From Anaeromyxobacteraceae bacterium (GTDB lineage Bacteria; Myxococcota; Myxococcia; Myxococcales; Anaeromyxobacteraceae): a DNA stretch of 64,000 bases. Location: NCBI GenBank assembly GCA_047602405.1, contig JASGHJ010000002.1, positions 2,528,001 to 2,592,000 on the forward strand, written 5' to 3'. Positions 1-9,649 of the stretch are shown in pieces. Both the position numbers and the translations under genes were made by a program. Numbering within the stretch: position 1 is the first letter of the stretch; each line of letters starts with the position of its first letter. The notes under the pieces are model-generated. The model did no database searches. It was not told the origin of the DNA and saw only the letters and a list, made by a program, of their open reading frames with translations.

Positions 1-2
1 TC

Positions 3-806
3 TGGTCCGAGCTCTTCGTGTTCCTCGTCCCGGCCCTCGTCGCGACCGCGGGCTCCGGCCTCCGCCTCCGCGCCTACCTCGGGCTCGGCCGCACCGAGCC
101 CGCCCTGCTCGTGCTCGGCGGGCTCGCCGGCGCCGCGGGGACGCTGCTCGCGGTGGTGCTGCAGGCGGGCGTCGTCCGGGTGGTGCCGCCCGCGTGGCTC
201 GAGTCCTTCGACGTCGCCCAGCACTTCCGCGGCCCGGCCTGGGAGCGCTGGGCCATCGCCGCCACCGCCTCCATCGCGGCGCCGCTCTGCGAGGAGGTCG
301 CCTTCCGCGGCTACCTCCTGCGCACGCTCCGCCTGCGGCGCGGCCCGGGCGCCGCCATCGCGATCTCCGCCGCGCTCTTCGCGGTCACGCACCTCAACCC
401 GGTCCTCCTCGTCGGCCTGGTGGGCCTCGGCGTCCTCTTCGGCTGGCTCGCCGTGCGCGGGGGCTCCCTCTGGCCCGCGGTGGCCGCCCACGCCGGCAAC
501 AACGCGGTCGTGTCCTGGGCGCTCGTGCACGCCGACGAGGCCGGCGCGCGCGACGTCGCCGCCGCCCCGCCGCAGGCCGGCCCGCTGCTCGCGACCCTGG
601 TCCTCGGCCTCGCCGTGCTCGTGCCCGTGCTCGTCGCCTTCGCGCGCGCCGCGGCCACGCTGCCCCCGCCGCAGGACCCGCTCGCGCCCCGGGATCCGGC
701 GTCGCCTCCGGGCCCGTTCCGGCTCGCGCGCGTGCCCCTCGCGCTCCGGCTGGCGGTCCCTGCCGGCGCGCTCGCGCTCGCGGCGCTCGCGCTGCTCCGG
801 CGATAG
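3..806 (+). CDS. CPBP/CAAX-family intramembrane metalloprotease (probably 5'-truncated by window edge)
   Basis: EExxFRG motif (EEVAFRGY), FAVTH and HxxxN (AHAGNN) motifs, multiple TM segments; frame open to window start. Confidence 0.85.
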   Translation, partial: WSELFVFLVPALVATAGSGLRLRAYLGLGRTEPALLVLGGLAGAAGTLLAVVLQAGVVRVVPPAWLESFDVAQHFRGPAWERWAIAATASIAAPLCEEVAFRGYLLRTLRLRRGPGAAIAISAALFAVTHLNPVLLVGLVGLGVLFGWLAVRGGSLWPAVAAHAGNNAVVSWALVHADEAGARDVAAAPPQAGPLLATLVLGLAVLVPVLVAFARAAATLPPPQDPLAPRDPASPPGPFRLARVPLALRLAVPAGALALAALALLRR

Positions 807-880
807 CCTGGTTCGCCCCTCGTCTCCGGGCCGCCTCGCGGCCCTGCGCGCGGAGCTGACGGCGCGCCCGGGGGCGGGCC

Positions 881-1501
881 TCACAGCCGCCCCATCCACT
901 CCACCACCTCCCGCCCCACCCGTGGCAACCCGGCGGACCAGGTCGGGTCCGCGCCCGGCACCACCTCCACCGCGGCGGCCGCGCCGAGCACCGCCCGGAG
1001 CCCCTCGGGCCCCGCGGCCGCGCCGCGCTCGGGCAGGACGACGAGCACCGGCACACCTCCGGGGAGCGCCCCGGCTGGCACCCCCGCGGGCGCCACGAGG
1101 GCCACCCCCGCGCAGCGCCCCGGCCCGGCCTCGGCGGCGAGCGCGAGCGCCGTCGCCGCACCCGCCCCGACCCCCGCGATCGCCGCCGGCCCGCGCGCGG
1201 AGGCCTCGAGGTGGGCGAGCGCCGCGCGCGCGTCGTCGAGCGCGCGGGCCGGGTCGGCCGTCCCCTGCGAGGCGCCCACCCCGCGGTGCTGGAACCGCAG
1301 CGACGGGTGTCCCGCGCGCGCCGCGGCCCAGGCGAGCTCCGCGACGGCGGGCGCGTCCATGCCACCCCCGGGCCCCGGCGCCGGGCAGACGAGCAGTGCG
1401 GGTCGGCGTGACCCGCGGTGGAAGAGCCCCTCGAGGACCAGCGCGCCGCCGTCGGCGGCGACGAGCGCGGGGCGCTCGAGGAACTGGCCGGCGAGCACCA
1501 T
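881..1501 (-). CDS. Alpha/beta hydrolase-fold protein (nucleophile elbow looks degenerate)
   Basis: GGGMD...LRFQHRGVGASQG pattern typical of small a/b hydrolases; GVGAG replaces GxSxG; start taken at MVLAG. Confidence 0.7.
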   Translation of the reverse strand: MVLAGQFLERPALVAADGGALVLEGLFHRGSRRPALLVCPAPGPGGGMDAPAVAELAWAAARAGHPSLRFQHRGVGASQGTADPARALDDARAALAHLEASARGPAAIAGVGAGAATALALAAEAGPGRCAGVALVAPAGVPAGALPGGVPVLVVLPERGAAAGPEGLRAVLGAAAAVEVVPGADPTWSAGLPRVGREVVEWMGRL

Positions 1502-1593
1502 CGCCGGAATCCTACCGGGACCTCGGCCGTTCGACGTGCAGATCGACACCAGGCGCCGTACATGGTCGGATGGAGCCGAGATCCGGAGGACCC

Positions 1594-2142
1594 GTGAACC
1601 GCACCCTCATCGCCCTGTCCCTCGCCGCCGCCCTCGCCCTCCCCGCCCTGGCCTCCGCCCAGGAGCAGAAGCGCGGGCCGTCCACCGTCGCCGAGCGCCG
1701 GCGCGTCGTCGAGATCACCCGGCGCCTCGAGAAGGTCCCCTTCTCGAAGAGCGCCGACAACGACCGGGTGTGGCTCATGACCTGGATCGACGAGGTCCCG
1801 GACGTGAACATCCGGTACTGCCCCGGCCCGCTGTACGGGCTCATCGAGGGTCAGTACGAGGGCCGGGCGTTCTGGGTGCAGTCGCTCTTCGGGATGTCGG
1901 CGTACCTCGTCGAACACTACCCGGACCGGGAGAAGGCCGACTGGATCAAGGTCCAGATCGCCGGGCTCGAGAGCGCGATCGCGTCCTACCAGACGGCGCG
2001 CAAGGGCGACGAGGTCGGGAAGATCCCCGCGCTCGAGAAGCTCGTGAAGGCGAAGGCGGCGGGGACGCTCGCGAAGGTCGTGCGCGAGGAGATGGAGGCG
2101 TGCGACCCGAACTTCACGCCCATCCCGTCCGACGCCATCTAG
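1594..2142 (+). CDS. Exported hypothetical protein
   Basis: GGAGG RBS before GTG, signal-peptide-like N-terminus (NRTLIALSLAAALALPALASA), strong GC3 codon bias. Confidence 0.75.
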   Translation: MNRTLIALSLAAALALPALASAQEQKRGPSTVAERRRVVEITRRLEKVPFSKSADNDRVWLMTWIDEVPDVNIRYCPGPLYGLIEGQYEGRAFWVQSLFGMSAYLVEHYPDREKADWIKVQIAGLESAIASYQTARKGDEVGKIPALEKLVKAKAAGTLAKVVREEMEACDPNFTPIPSDAI

Positions 2143-2148
2143 GAAGAC

Positions 2149-3354
2149 CTACCCCCGCCGCAGCACGAGGCACTTCAGGTAGCGCCCCTCCCGGAACTGC
2201 AGCGACACCGGGTGGTCGGGCGGCTGGCGCGTCTCGCGCACGAGCTGGAGGTCGACCTTCGCCTTGAAGGCGGCCTCCTTCACCGCGTCGGTGAACTGCT
2301 CCGCCGAGACCCGCGCCGAGCACGAGGCGGTCACGAGGAGCCCGCCCGGCGAGAGCACCGCGAGCGCGGCCCGGTTGAGCGACGCGTAGCCGGCGAGCGC
2401 CCCCTCCACCGCCTTCTGGGACTTCGCGAACGCGGGCGGGTCGCACACGACGAGGTCGAACCGCCGCCCCTCCCGCTTGTAGCGCGCGAGGATCTCGAAC
2501 GCGTCCTCGGTCGCGAACGCGTGGTCGGCCATCTGCAGGCCGTTCACCTTGAAGTTCTCGCGGGCGAGCGCGATGGCGTCGGCGTCCACGTCGACGGTCA
2601 CGACGTGCTTCGCGCCGCCGAGCGCGGCCGCCACCGAGAAGCCGCCGGTGTAGCCGAACAGGTTGAGCGCCTCGGCGCGCCCGCGCGCGAGCTCGCGCAC
2701 CATCCGCCGGTTCTCCCGCTGGTCGAGGAAGAACCCGGTCTTCTGCCCGCGCCGCACGTCCACGAGCACCTTCATCCCGTGCTCGTCGATGGTGATCTGC
2801 TCCGGGGGCTCGGCGCCCCACAGCACCTTCCCGGAGCCCTTCTCGTCGCCGCCGCCGTCGTCCGCGTCGTCGCGCCCGATCTCGTCGCGCCCGAAGACGC
2901 CGGCGATCCCGGGGACCTCCGCGCGGAGCGCCTCGACGATCGCCCCGCGGTGCGGCGTGAGCCCCGCCGAGTAGAGCTTCATCACGAGGAAGCGGTCGTA
3001 CCGGTCCACGACGATGCCCGGCAGGCCGTCGGACTCGCCGTGCACGACGCGGTACCCGGTCGTGCCCTCTACGAGCTCGGCCCGCAGCGCGTGGGCCCGC
3101 GCGATGCGCCGCCGCCAGAACGCGGCGTCGACCGCCTCGGCCGGCTCGCGGGTGAGCACGCGCACCGTGATGGCGGAGTGCGGATTGAGGTAGCCGCGCG
3201 CGACGAAGCGGCCGCCCTCGGTCACGTCCACGATGGTGCCCGCGGCGAGCCCCTTCGGCGCGCGCTCGATGGCCTTCCTGAACACCCACGGGTGGCCCGC
3301 CCGCAGGTGCCGGACGAGATCCTCCTGCAGCGCGAGCTGGGGGACGTCGCTCAT
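2149..3354 (-). CDS. rlmI: RlmI-like class I SAM-dependent rRNA m5C methyltransferase with PUA domain
   Basis: GHPWVF, ESDGLPG, GQKTGFFLDQR, LNLFGYTGGFS and DPPAF motifs. Confidence 0.85.
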   Translation of the reverse strand: MSDVPQLALQEDLVRHLRAGHPWVFRKAIERAPKGLAAGTIVDVTEGGRFVARGYLNPHSAITVRVLTREPAEAVDAAFWRRRIARAHALRAELVEGTTGYRVVHGESDGLPGIVVDRYDRFLVMKLYSAGLTPHRGAIVEALRAEVPGIAGVFGRDEIGRDDADDGGGDEKGSGKVLWGAEPPEQITIDEHGMKVLVDVRRGQKTGFFLDQRENRRMVRELARGRAEALNLFGYTGGFSVAAALGGAKHVVTVDVDADAIALARENFKVNGLQMADHAFATEDAFEILARYKREGRRFDLVVCDPPAFAKSQKAVEGALAGYASLNRAALAVLSPGGLLVTASCSARVSAEQFTDAVKEAAFKAKVDLQLVRETRQPPDHPVSLQFREGRYLKCLVLRRG

Positions 3355-4739
3355 CTCCGTGCCTTCCTGGTCGCGGCGGCCTCGCCGGCCCTGCCGCGCC
3401 TGCCGGCCTCGCCGGGCCCCGGCGCGGGTCGGCCCGACCGCTGGGGCCGGGCGCGCTCGGTGCGCGCCCTCGAGAAGTTTCCGACCACGAGCCCGGGCCG
3501 GGCCGCCCGGAGCGCGCGCACGAGTGCCGCGATGCCGAGCGCGGGGCCCCGCCCGCCGCGGTCCGCGGCGATGGCCCAGTAGACGTCGGGATCGATGGCG
3601 AGCGGGCGGGTCTGGATCTGGTCGACGCCGGCGTCCGCGACGAGCGCGGCGAGCGCCTCGACCTCGCCCGCGCGATCCGTGACGCCGGGGAACGTGAGGA
3701 GGTTGAGCGCCACGTACGCGCCGCGCGCCTTCGCGGTCCGGATCGAGCGGAACACGTCGGCGAGGCCGTAGCCGGTGGGCCGGTAGTAGGCCCGGTAGAG
3801 GTCCTCGTGCGCCGAGTTGAGCGAGATGCGCACCGAGTCGAGCCCGGCGTCGCAGAGCTTCCCGAGCGCGTCGGGGAGCGAGCCGTTCGTGTTCGCGTGG
3901 ATCGAGCCCTTCGACGTTTCCGCACGCACGAGCCGGATCGCCCGCTCGAGCTCCTTCCAGCGCGTGAGCGGCTCGCCCTCGCAACCCTGGCCGAAGCTCA
4001 CCATCAGCTTCCCGCGGGCGCGGCGGAGGTGCCGGAGCGCGACCTCGGCCATCTCGGCCGCGGTGGGCGCGCGCGGGATGCGCTCGTGCGACGAGGGCGG
4101 CATCCCCTCCTGCGTCTCGGAGAGGCAGCCGACGCACGAGGCGTTGCACGAGGCCGACGACGGGATCGCCCCCTCGTCGCGCGCGTAGAAGGTGTTCTGC
4201 GCGGTGAAGCAGCGCCACTCGAGCGCGCAGCGCGCGAGCTGCCGGTAGATCGGGTTCGGCGTCTCGGCGAGCGTCCGCTCGACGAGCGCCGGCAGGTCCG
4301 AGGTCGAGTGCGACGCCGGGCTCCAGTGGCCGCGCCGGTCGGTGTGGAGCGCCCAGACCGCGGGGCCGTCCGGGCCGAGCGCCGCCGCGGTGTACGCCCA
4401 TTGCGGGAGCACCGGCGCCTCCGCGGCGGTCGCGAGCGGCGGGCGCGCGGCGGCGGGCAGGAAGGTGCGGGTGAAGCCGGGCGGCAGGGCTGCGCCCACC
4501 GCGTGCGGGACGAAGCGGCGCCGCCCGACCCGGGCCTCCCTGAGCACCACCTGCGCGCCGGTCCCGGGATCGATCCCGACGGGCCGGCGCCCCGGCAGGT
4601 ACGTGAGCGTCGCGCCCTCCGGCAGTGCGAGCGGCCGCTCCCGGGGGAGGAGCGTCTCGCCGCCCGAGCGGACGGCCGCGAGGAGGTCGGGGTGGTCGTA
4701 GACGACCCCGCGGTCGTCGGCGAAGAGGAGGCGCAGCAT
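3351..4739 (-). CDS. Radical SAM protein
   Basis: CxxxCxxC (CNASCVGC), [15 protein letters not shown]; stop overlaps the rlmI start (ATGA). Confidence 0.85.
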   Translation of the reverse strand: MLRLLFADDRGVVYDHPDLLAAVRSGGETLLPRERPLALPEGATLTYLPGRRPVGIDPGTGAQVVLREARVGRRRFVPHAVGAALPPGFTRTFLPAAARPPLATAAEAPVLPQWAYTAAALGPDGPAVWALHTDRRGHWSPASHSTSDLPALVERTLAETPNPIYRQLARCALEWRCFTAQNTFYARDEGAIPSSASCNASCVGCLSETQEGMPPSSHERIPRAPTAAEMAEVALRHLRRARGKLMVSFGQGCEGEPLTRWKELERAIRLVRAETSKGSIHANTNGSLPDALGKLCDAGLDSVRISLNSAHEDLYRAYYRPTGYGLADVFRSIRTAKARGAYVALNLLTFPGVTDRAGEVEALAALVADAGVDQIQTRPLAIDPDVYWAIAADRGGRGPALGIAALVRALRAARPGLVVGNFSRARTERARPQRSGRPAPGPGEAGRRGRAGEAAATRKARR

Positions 4740-4896
4740 CGGTCGGCGGGGTCTTACCACGGAGGCTCGGGCTCACGAAGGTGGTGGCCGGTCTCGAGGG
4801 AAGCTGGACCCCACCCGCTGACAGCTTGAATTTCCTCGGGTTCCGGGCCTTCGCCCCCCGGCACCCCGATTGGACGGTCCGCCCGGCGTCCGGCCG

Positions 4897-4921
4897 GGAA
4901 TCTACCGGGCGGGCGGCTGTT
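4897..4921 (+). promoter_or_regulatory. Candidate ECF (SigR/SigH-type) autoregulatory promoter GGAAT-N17-GTT
   Basis: GGAAT at 4897-4901 and GTT at 4919-4921, about 110 bp upstream of a SigR/SigH-like sigma gene. Confidence 0.4.
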
Positions 4922-5032
4922 TCTCCCGGAAGAGCGGGGGGTTCGCTTGGCGCGGCGGCGGGGCGCAAGGTAGTAACGATCGATCGCGGCGCTGGAGTCC
5001 GCGCGGCAGTGCACGAGTCATCGGGGAACCTG

Positions 5033-5677
5033 ATGTTCGACCTTCGGCAGAACGACCTGACGCGCGAGGAGTTCGAGGCGCTGGCCCTGCGCCACCTCGA
5101 CCCGCTCTACTCGGCGGCGCTGCGTCTCACGAAGAACGACCGCGACGCGGAGGATCTCGTGCAGGACACGTTCCTGCGCGCCTACCGGTTCTTCGACAAG
5201 TTCGAGCGCGGCACGAACATCAAGGCCTGGCTCTTCAAGATCCTCACGAACACCTTCATCAACCGGTATCGCCGCTCCGTGAAGGAGCGCTCCATCGTCG
5301 AGGGTTCGGAGCGCGAGGCGGTGCACGAGCGCTTCGTCTCCCGGGACGCCGCCGACTACGCCGCGAACCCGGAGCAGTACTTCTTCGACCGCCTGCTCTC
5401 CGACGACGTGCTCCGCGCCGTCGACTCCCTGCCCATCGACTTCCGGATGGTCGTGATCCTCGCCGACCTGCAGGAGTTCTCCTACAAGGAGATCGCCGAG
5501 ATCCTGGACGTGCCGGTGGGCACCGTCATGAGCCGGCTCTACCGCGGGCGGCGCCTCCTGCAGAAGGCCCTCGCCTCCTACGCGGTCGACTCGGGCGTGG
5601 TCTCCGACGACGGCGCCGACGACGGCGCTCCCCTCGACCTCGATGCCTGGCGGAAGCGCAAGGGGCGCTCCGCCTGA
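5033..5677 (+). CDS. rpoE1: ECF sigma factor (SigR/SigH-like; positional counterpart of myxobacterial RpoE1)
   Basis: [50 protein letters not shown]; lies upstream of an anti-sigma and frzS. Confidence 0.85.
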   Translation: MFDLRQNDLTREEFEALALRHLDPLYSAALRLTKNDRDAEDLVQDTFLRAYRFFDKFERGTNIKAWLFKILTNTFINRYRRSVKERSIVEGSEREAVHERFVSRDAADYAANPEQYFFDRLLSDDVLRAVDSLPIDFRMVVILADLQEFSYKEIAEILDVPVGTVMSRLYRGRRLLQKALASYAVDSGVVSDDGADDGAPLDLDAWRKRKGRSA

Positions 5678-5694
5678 ACGGGAACGACCGCGCC

Positions 5695-6510
5695 ATGTCG
5701 ATCGAACCCCTGAACGCCGCGATGGACTGCACCGAGCTCGAGCGCTCGGTGGACGCCTGGCTCGACGGCGAGCTCGACGACCGCGACCGCACCGAGGTCG
5801 ATCGTCACCTCGAGGCCTGCCCGCGCTGCCGCCCGCTCGCCGACGCGCGCGCCCGCCTCCGCCTCGCCACCCGCGCGAAGCTCAAGGAGGCCATGGGCCC
5901 CGGCGCCGCCGCAGGCGTCGCGCCGCCCGCGCTGCGCGCGCGCGTCGTCACCGCGCTCGCGAAGGAGCGCCGCCCGCTCTGGCGCCGCGTGCTCGCGCCC
6001 GTGCCCCTCGCGACGCTCGCCGCCTGCGCCGCCGGCGCGCTCGTCGTGATCGCGATGCGCCCCGACGACACGCTCCTCGAGGAGGCCATCGCGAAGCACC
6101 ACCGCGACCTCCCGCTCGAGGTCACCACCGCCTCGATGGCGGAGGCCACCCTGCCCGCCTGGTTCACCGGCAAGCTCGACTTCAAGCCCACCCCGCCCAA
6201 GCTCGAGGACGGCGGTGCGCGCATGATCGGTGCGCGGCTCTCCCACCTCCGCGAGTGGCCGGCGGCCTACTTCCGGTACGCGCTCCCGCGCGGCAACGCC
6301 GGGCTCTTCATCGTGGACGACCCGTCCGGCAAGTTCGGGACGGCCGGCCGCGAGGTCCAGGTGGGTCCGGACACGGTCCGGCTCGCGAACGCGAAGGGCT
6401 ACAACGTCGCGGTCTGGCGCCAGGACGAGATCGTCTACTCGCTCGTCTCGGATCTCGACGAGGGCGACCTCTTCAAGCTCGTGCGGGCCGCCCGGGCCGA
6501 TCACCGCTAG
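5695..6510 (+). CDS. Zinc-binding (zf-HC2) transmembrane anti-sigma factor
   Basis: HLEACPRC (HxxxCxxC), one TM segment, periplasmic domain; directly follows the ECF sigma. Confidence 0.85.
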   Translation: MSIEPLNAAMDCTELERSVDAWLDGELDDRDRTEVDRHLEACPRCRPLADARARLRLATRAKLKEAMGPGAAAGVAPPALRARVVTALAKERRPLWRRVLAPVPLATLAACAAGALVVIAMRPDDTLLEEAIAKHHRDLPLEVTTASMAEATLPAWFTGKLDFKPTPPKLEDGGARMIGARLSHLREWPAAYFRYALPRGNAGLFIVDDPSGKFGTAGREVQVGPDTVRLANAKGYNVAVWRQDEIVYSLVSDLDEGDLFKLVRAARADHR

Positions 6511-6665
6511 GGCAGGAGCGAGCGGGCCCCCGGCAAGCGGCCGATACCGCCCGCGGGCGTCCCGATCACAGGGTAGGCCCTTCGGCTTTACTCGTTCCGG
6601 TGCACGCCGGTAACATCGCGGCCGAGCCCCGGGACCGCTCTTCGCGGACCTGCGCCTCCCCTGAC

Positions 6666-8501
6666 ATGGCACGCATCCTCCTCATCGAGAACGACGCCAG
6701 CTTCGCGGCCTCGCTGGCCAGGGTCCTCTCCGCGACCGGGCACGAGACCGAGGTCGTGGGCGAGGGCAAGGAGGGGCTCGCGCGGGCGACCTCCCAGCAC
6801 CCCGACGCGATCGTCCTGTGCGTCGAGCTGCCCGACATGAGCGGCTACCTCGTCTGCCAGAAGCTCAAGAAGGACGAGGCGCTCCGGTCCATCCCGCTCG
6901 TCCTCACGAGCGCCGACGCCACCGAGAAGAGCTTCGCCGACCACCAGAAGCTGAAGGTCCGCGCCGACGCGTACCTCCTGAAGCCCTTTCCGCCCCAGAC
7001 GCTCATCGACTCGCTGCAGCACCTCGTGGAGCTGCCCGATCGCCCGGCGGGCGCGCCCCCCGACGAGGAGGAGCTGGTGCGCTTCGAGGACGGCGGCGAC
7101 CTCGGCATGCCGTCGCTCGACCTCGACGCCCTCGGCGACGAGTCCCCTCACCTGCGCGAGGATCCCCGCCCGGCGGCCCCCCCGCGCGACGAGGACGATG
7201 CGTTCCTGGATTCGCTCATGGGGCTCGGTGACGAGCACCCCGCCGGGCACGACGCGCCGGCGGAGGACCACCCCGACGAGGCGCTCACGCACGGCGGGCT
7301 CGGGCTCGAGCTCGACCTCGACCCGGAGCTGATGGACCGTCCGCTCGGGGCCGACGACGTGGACGCCGCGGCCGAGGCGGCGCCGGAGGACGCGCGCGAC
7401 CCGATGGCGGAGCTCGAGGCGCTCCGCGACGACCGCGACGATCACCCGGCGCCGAGCGCGCTCTCGCTCGACGACGACGACCTCCCGCCGATCCACCCCG
7501 CGAACGTGGACCTCCTCCGCGCCGCCGGGATGAAGCTGCTCGACGACGACGTGGGCGCCGGCCCCGCCGCGGCGCCGACGCCCGCCCCCGTCCCGGTCGT
7601 GACCCGCCCGACGCTGCCCATCCCCGGCTCCTCCCGCGCCGGCCCCGCCCTCGACCTCCCCCGGCCCGGCCAGGCGCTCAGGTCGGCCGAGTCGACGCAG
7701 CCGACCGCGCCCGTGGCCTCCCTCTCCTCGAGCCAGGCCGAGCGGCTCGAGCGCGAGCTCGCCGAGGTCCGCGAGCACCTCGCCGACGCCCGCGCCGAGG
7801 TCCTCTCCCGCGAGTCCGAGGTCCGCCAGCTCAAGGACAAGGTCGGGAGCAGCAACCGCCGCGCCGAGCAGGCCGAGGCCGAGGTCCGCCAGCTGCGCAC
7901 CGAGGCCGGGGAGCTCGACGAGCTGAAGGCCCGCGTCGCGGCCGCCGAGCGGCGCGCCGAGGACGCCACCGGCGCCCGCGCCGAGGCCGAGCGCCGCGCC
8001 GCGGAGGCCGAGCGCAAGGCGTCCGACGCCGACCGCAGGCTCGCGGAGGCCCAGCGCCGCGTCGAGGAGGCCGCCCAGGGCGCCGCCGCGGCGAAGGCCG
8101 AGCTCGACGCGCAGGCCGCCGCCGGCCGCGAGGCCGCCCAGAAGGCCGAGGCGCTGCGCGCGGAGCTCGCCGCCGCGCGCGCCGACCTCGAGGCGGCCCG
8201 CGCGGAGCTCGCCGAGGCGAAGGCGCATCCCGCCGTCGACCCCGCCGCGAGCGCCGCCCTCCAGGCGCGCATCGCCGAGCTCGAGGCCTCGTCCGCGAAG
8301 CACGAGGACCGGGTCGTGAAGGCCTACCAGAAGATCCGCAACGACGAGAAGGTGCGCGACAAGGTCCGCAAGGCCCTCTCCATCGCGTCCCAGCTCCTCG
8401 ACGAGGGCATGGTGCCGGATCCCACCGCCGAGCGCCGCTCGGCCGCGTCGGCGGTGGCGACGCCCGCGCCGGTGCCCCGCCCCGAGCGCCAGGGCAGCTG
8501 A
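6666..8501 (+). CDS. frzS: FrzS-like pseudo-receiver plus acidic linker plus coiled-coil protein
   Basis: Receiver with GYLVCQKLKKD and HQKLKVRADAY, Cys at the phospho-Asp position (DAIVLCVEL), long heptad-rich C-terminus; rpoE1/anti-sigma synteny. Confidence 0.75.
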   Translation: MARILLIENDASFAASLARVLSATGHETEVVGEGKEGLARATSQHPDAIVLCVELPDMSGYLVCQKLKKDEALRSIPLVLTSADATEKSFADHQKLKVRADAYLLKPFPPQTLIDSLQHLVELPDRPAGAPPDEEELVRFEDGGDLGMPSLDLDALGDESPHLREDPRPAAPPRDEDDAFLDSLMGLGDEHPAGHDAPAEDHPDEALTHGGLGLELDLDPELMDRPLGADDVDAAAEAAPEDARDPMAELEALRDDRDDHPAPSALSLDDDDLPPIHPANVDLLRAAGMKLLDDDVGAGPAAAPTPAPVPVVTRPTLPIPGSSRAGPALDLPRPGQALRSAESTQPTAPVASLSSSQAERLERELAEVREHLADARAEVLSRESEVRQLKDKVGSSNRRAEQAEAEVRQLRTEAGELDELKARVAAAERRAEDATGARAEAERRAAEAERKASDADRRLAEAQRRVEEAAQGAAAAKAELDAQAAAGREAAQKAEALRAELAAARADLEAARAELAEAKAHPAVDPAASAALQARIAELEASSAKHEDRVVKAYQKIRNDEKVRDKVRKALSIASQLLDEGMVPDPTAERRSAASAVATPAPVPRPERQGS

Positions 8502-8523
8502 CGCCGCCCCGCGCCGCGAGGGC

Positions 8524-8835
8524 TCAGACGGCCTCCTCTGCGTCGTCCGGCGCCGCGGCGTCGTGGAGCGACACGCCGAAGTAGCGCAGGAGCCGCTCGT
8601 GGTGGCGCGTCAGCCCGCGCACCGCGAGGTGGCGCTCGCGCCCGGCCAGCCCGCGGGCGACCGCGGCGATGCCCAGGTCCGAGGCGGACCGCACCCGCGT
8701 GAAGTCGACGACGACCGGTCGCTCGCCTGGCACCTCGGCGAGCCAGGCGGCGAGCCGGGTCGCCGCCGGCGCGTCGAAGTTCCCGTCCACCGTCACGACG
8801 ATCCGCCCGTCGGTTCCCCGGCCGATGTCCATCAT
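8524..8835 (-). CDS. Small STAS-domain-like protein
   Basis: VTVDGNFD...VVVDFTRVRSASDLGIAAV pattern typical of STAS domains. Confidence 0.6.
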   Translation of the reverse strand: MMDIGRGTDGRIVVTVDGNFDAPAATRLAAWLAEVPGERPVVVDFTRVRSASDLGIAAVARGLAGRERHLAVRGLTRHHERLLRYFGVSLHDAAAPDDAEEAV

Positions 8836-8936
8836 GCGCCACCTCGCGGTCACGAGGTGGGGGCCGCCGGGCGAGGGCGCAAGCGCGCGCCCCTTCGCGG
8901 CCGAGTTCTCCACGCCCTCCTGGGGCAGCAGCCGAG

Positions 8937-9287
8937 TCAGTGCGCGGTCGGCTCGGGCTCCTCCGCCGGCGCAGCGTCCTCGCGGTCGTCCGCGGCGCGC
9001 ATCGCGCCGATGGCGGCCGCGAGCGCCAGGAGGTTCGCGGGCGACATCGCCGCCCGGAACGCCCCCTTCACGACCGGGCGCACGGCCGGCCAGAGCCCGC
9101 CGCCCAGCACGAACCCCGCCCCGGCCGCGACCGCGAGCACCGTCATCGGCTGCTCCCGGATCCGCCGCGACAGCTCGATGCGCTCGGCGAACCTCGCGAT
9201 CGCCTCCCGGGCCTCGTCGCCCACCGAGCGCAGCGCCTCGCCCACCTGCGCCGCGTCCTCCACCCCCAGCCCCGTCCGCTCGGCCAT
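8937..9287 (-). CDS. YqjD/ElaB(DUF883)-like small membrane-anchored protein
   Basis: IREQPMTVLAVAAGAGFVLGG motif; GGAGG RBS. Confidence 0.6.
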   Translation of the reverse strand: MAERTGLGVEDAAQVGEALRSVGDEAREAIARFAERIELSRRIREQPMTVLAVAAGAGFVLGGGLWPAVRPVVKGAFRAAMSPANLLALAAAIGAMRAADDREDAAPAEEPEPTAH

Positions 9288-9299
9288 CCGTGCCTCCGC

Positions 9300-9527
9300 T
9301 CAGGTCTTCGAGAAGATCCGCCCCAGCACGAAGCCGAGCCCCGCGGCGACGCCGATGGCGATGCCGGGTTGCTCGCGGACGAACGCCCGAAGGTTCTCGC
9401 CCGCCTCGTCGGCCCAGCCGCGGACGTCCTCCAGCCGCTCCTCCATCCGCCGCCCCACCTCGCCCACCCGGGCTCCGACGTCGCCCGGCAGGCCGCCGCC
9501 CGCCTTCTCCCCGTGTCCGTTCTCCAT
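9300..9527 (-). CDS. YqjD/ElaB(DUF883)-like small protein
   Basis: FVREQPGIAIGVAAGLGFVLGRI C-terminal anchor. Confidence 0.7.
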   Translation of the reverse strand: MENGHGEKAGGGLPGDVGARVGEVGRRMEERLEDVRGWADEAGENLRAFVREQPGIAIGVAAGLGFVLGRIFSKT

Positions 9528-9649
9528 CGCTCTCCCCGTCAGGCCGCCTCGAGCCCGCTCGACGGGGAAGATACGGAGCGTCGCGCGCGGGCCACAGGCC
9601 CCCGGGCGAGCGGGCGCGCCCGCGCCCGCGGCCATCGCCCCGCGGCAGG

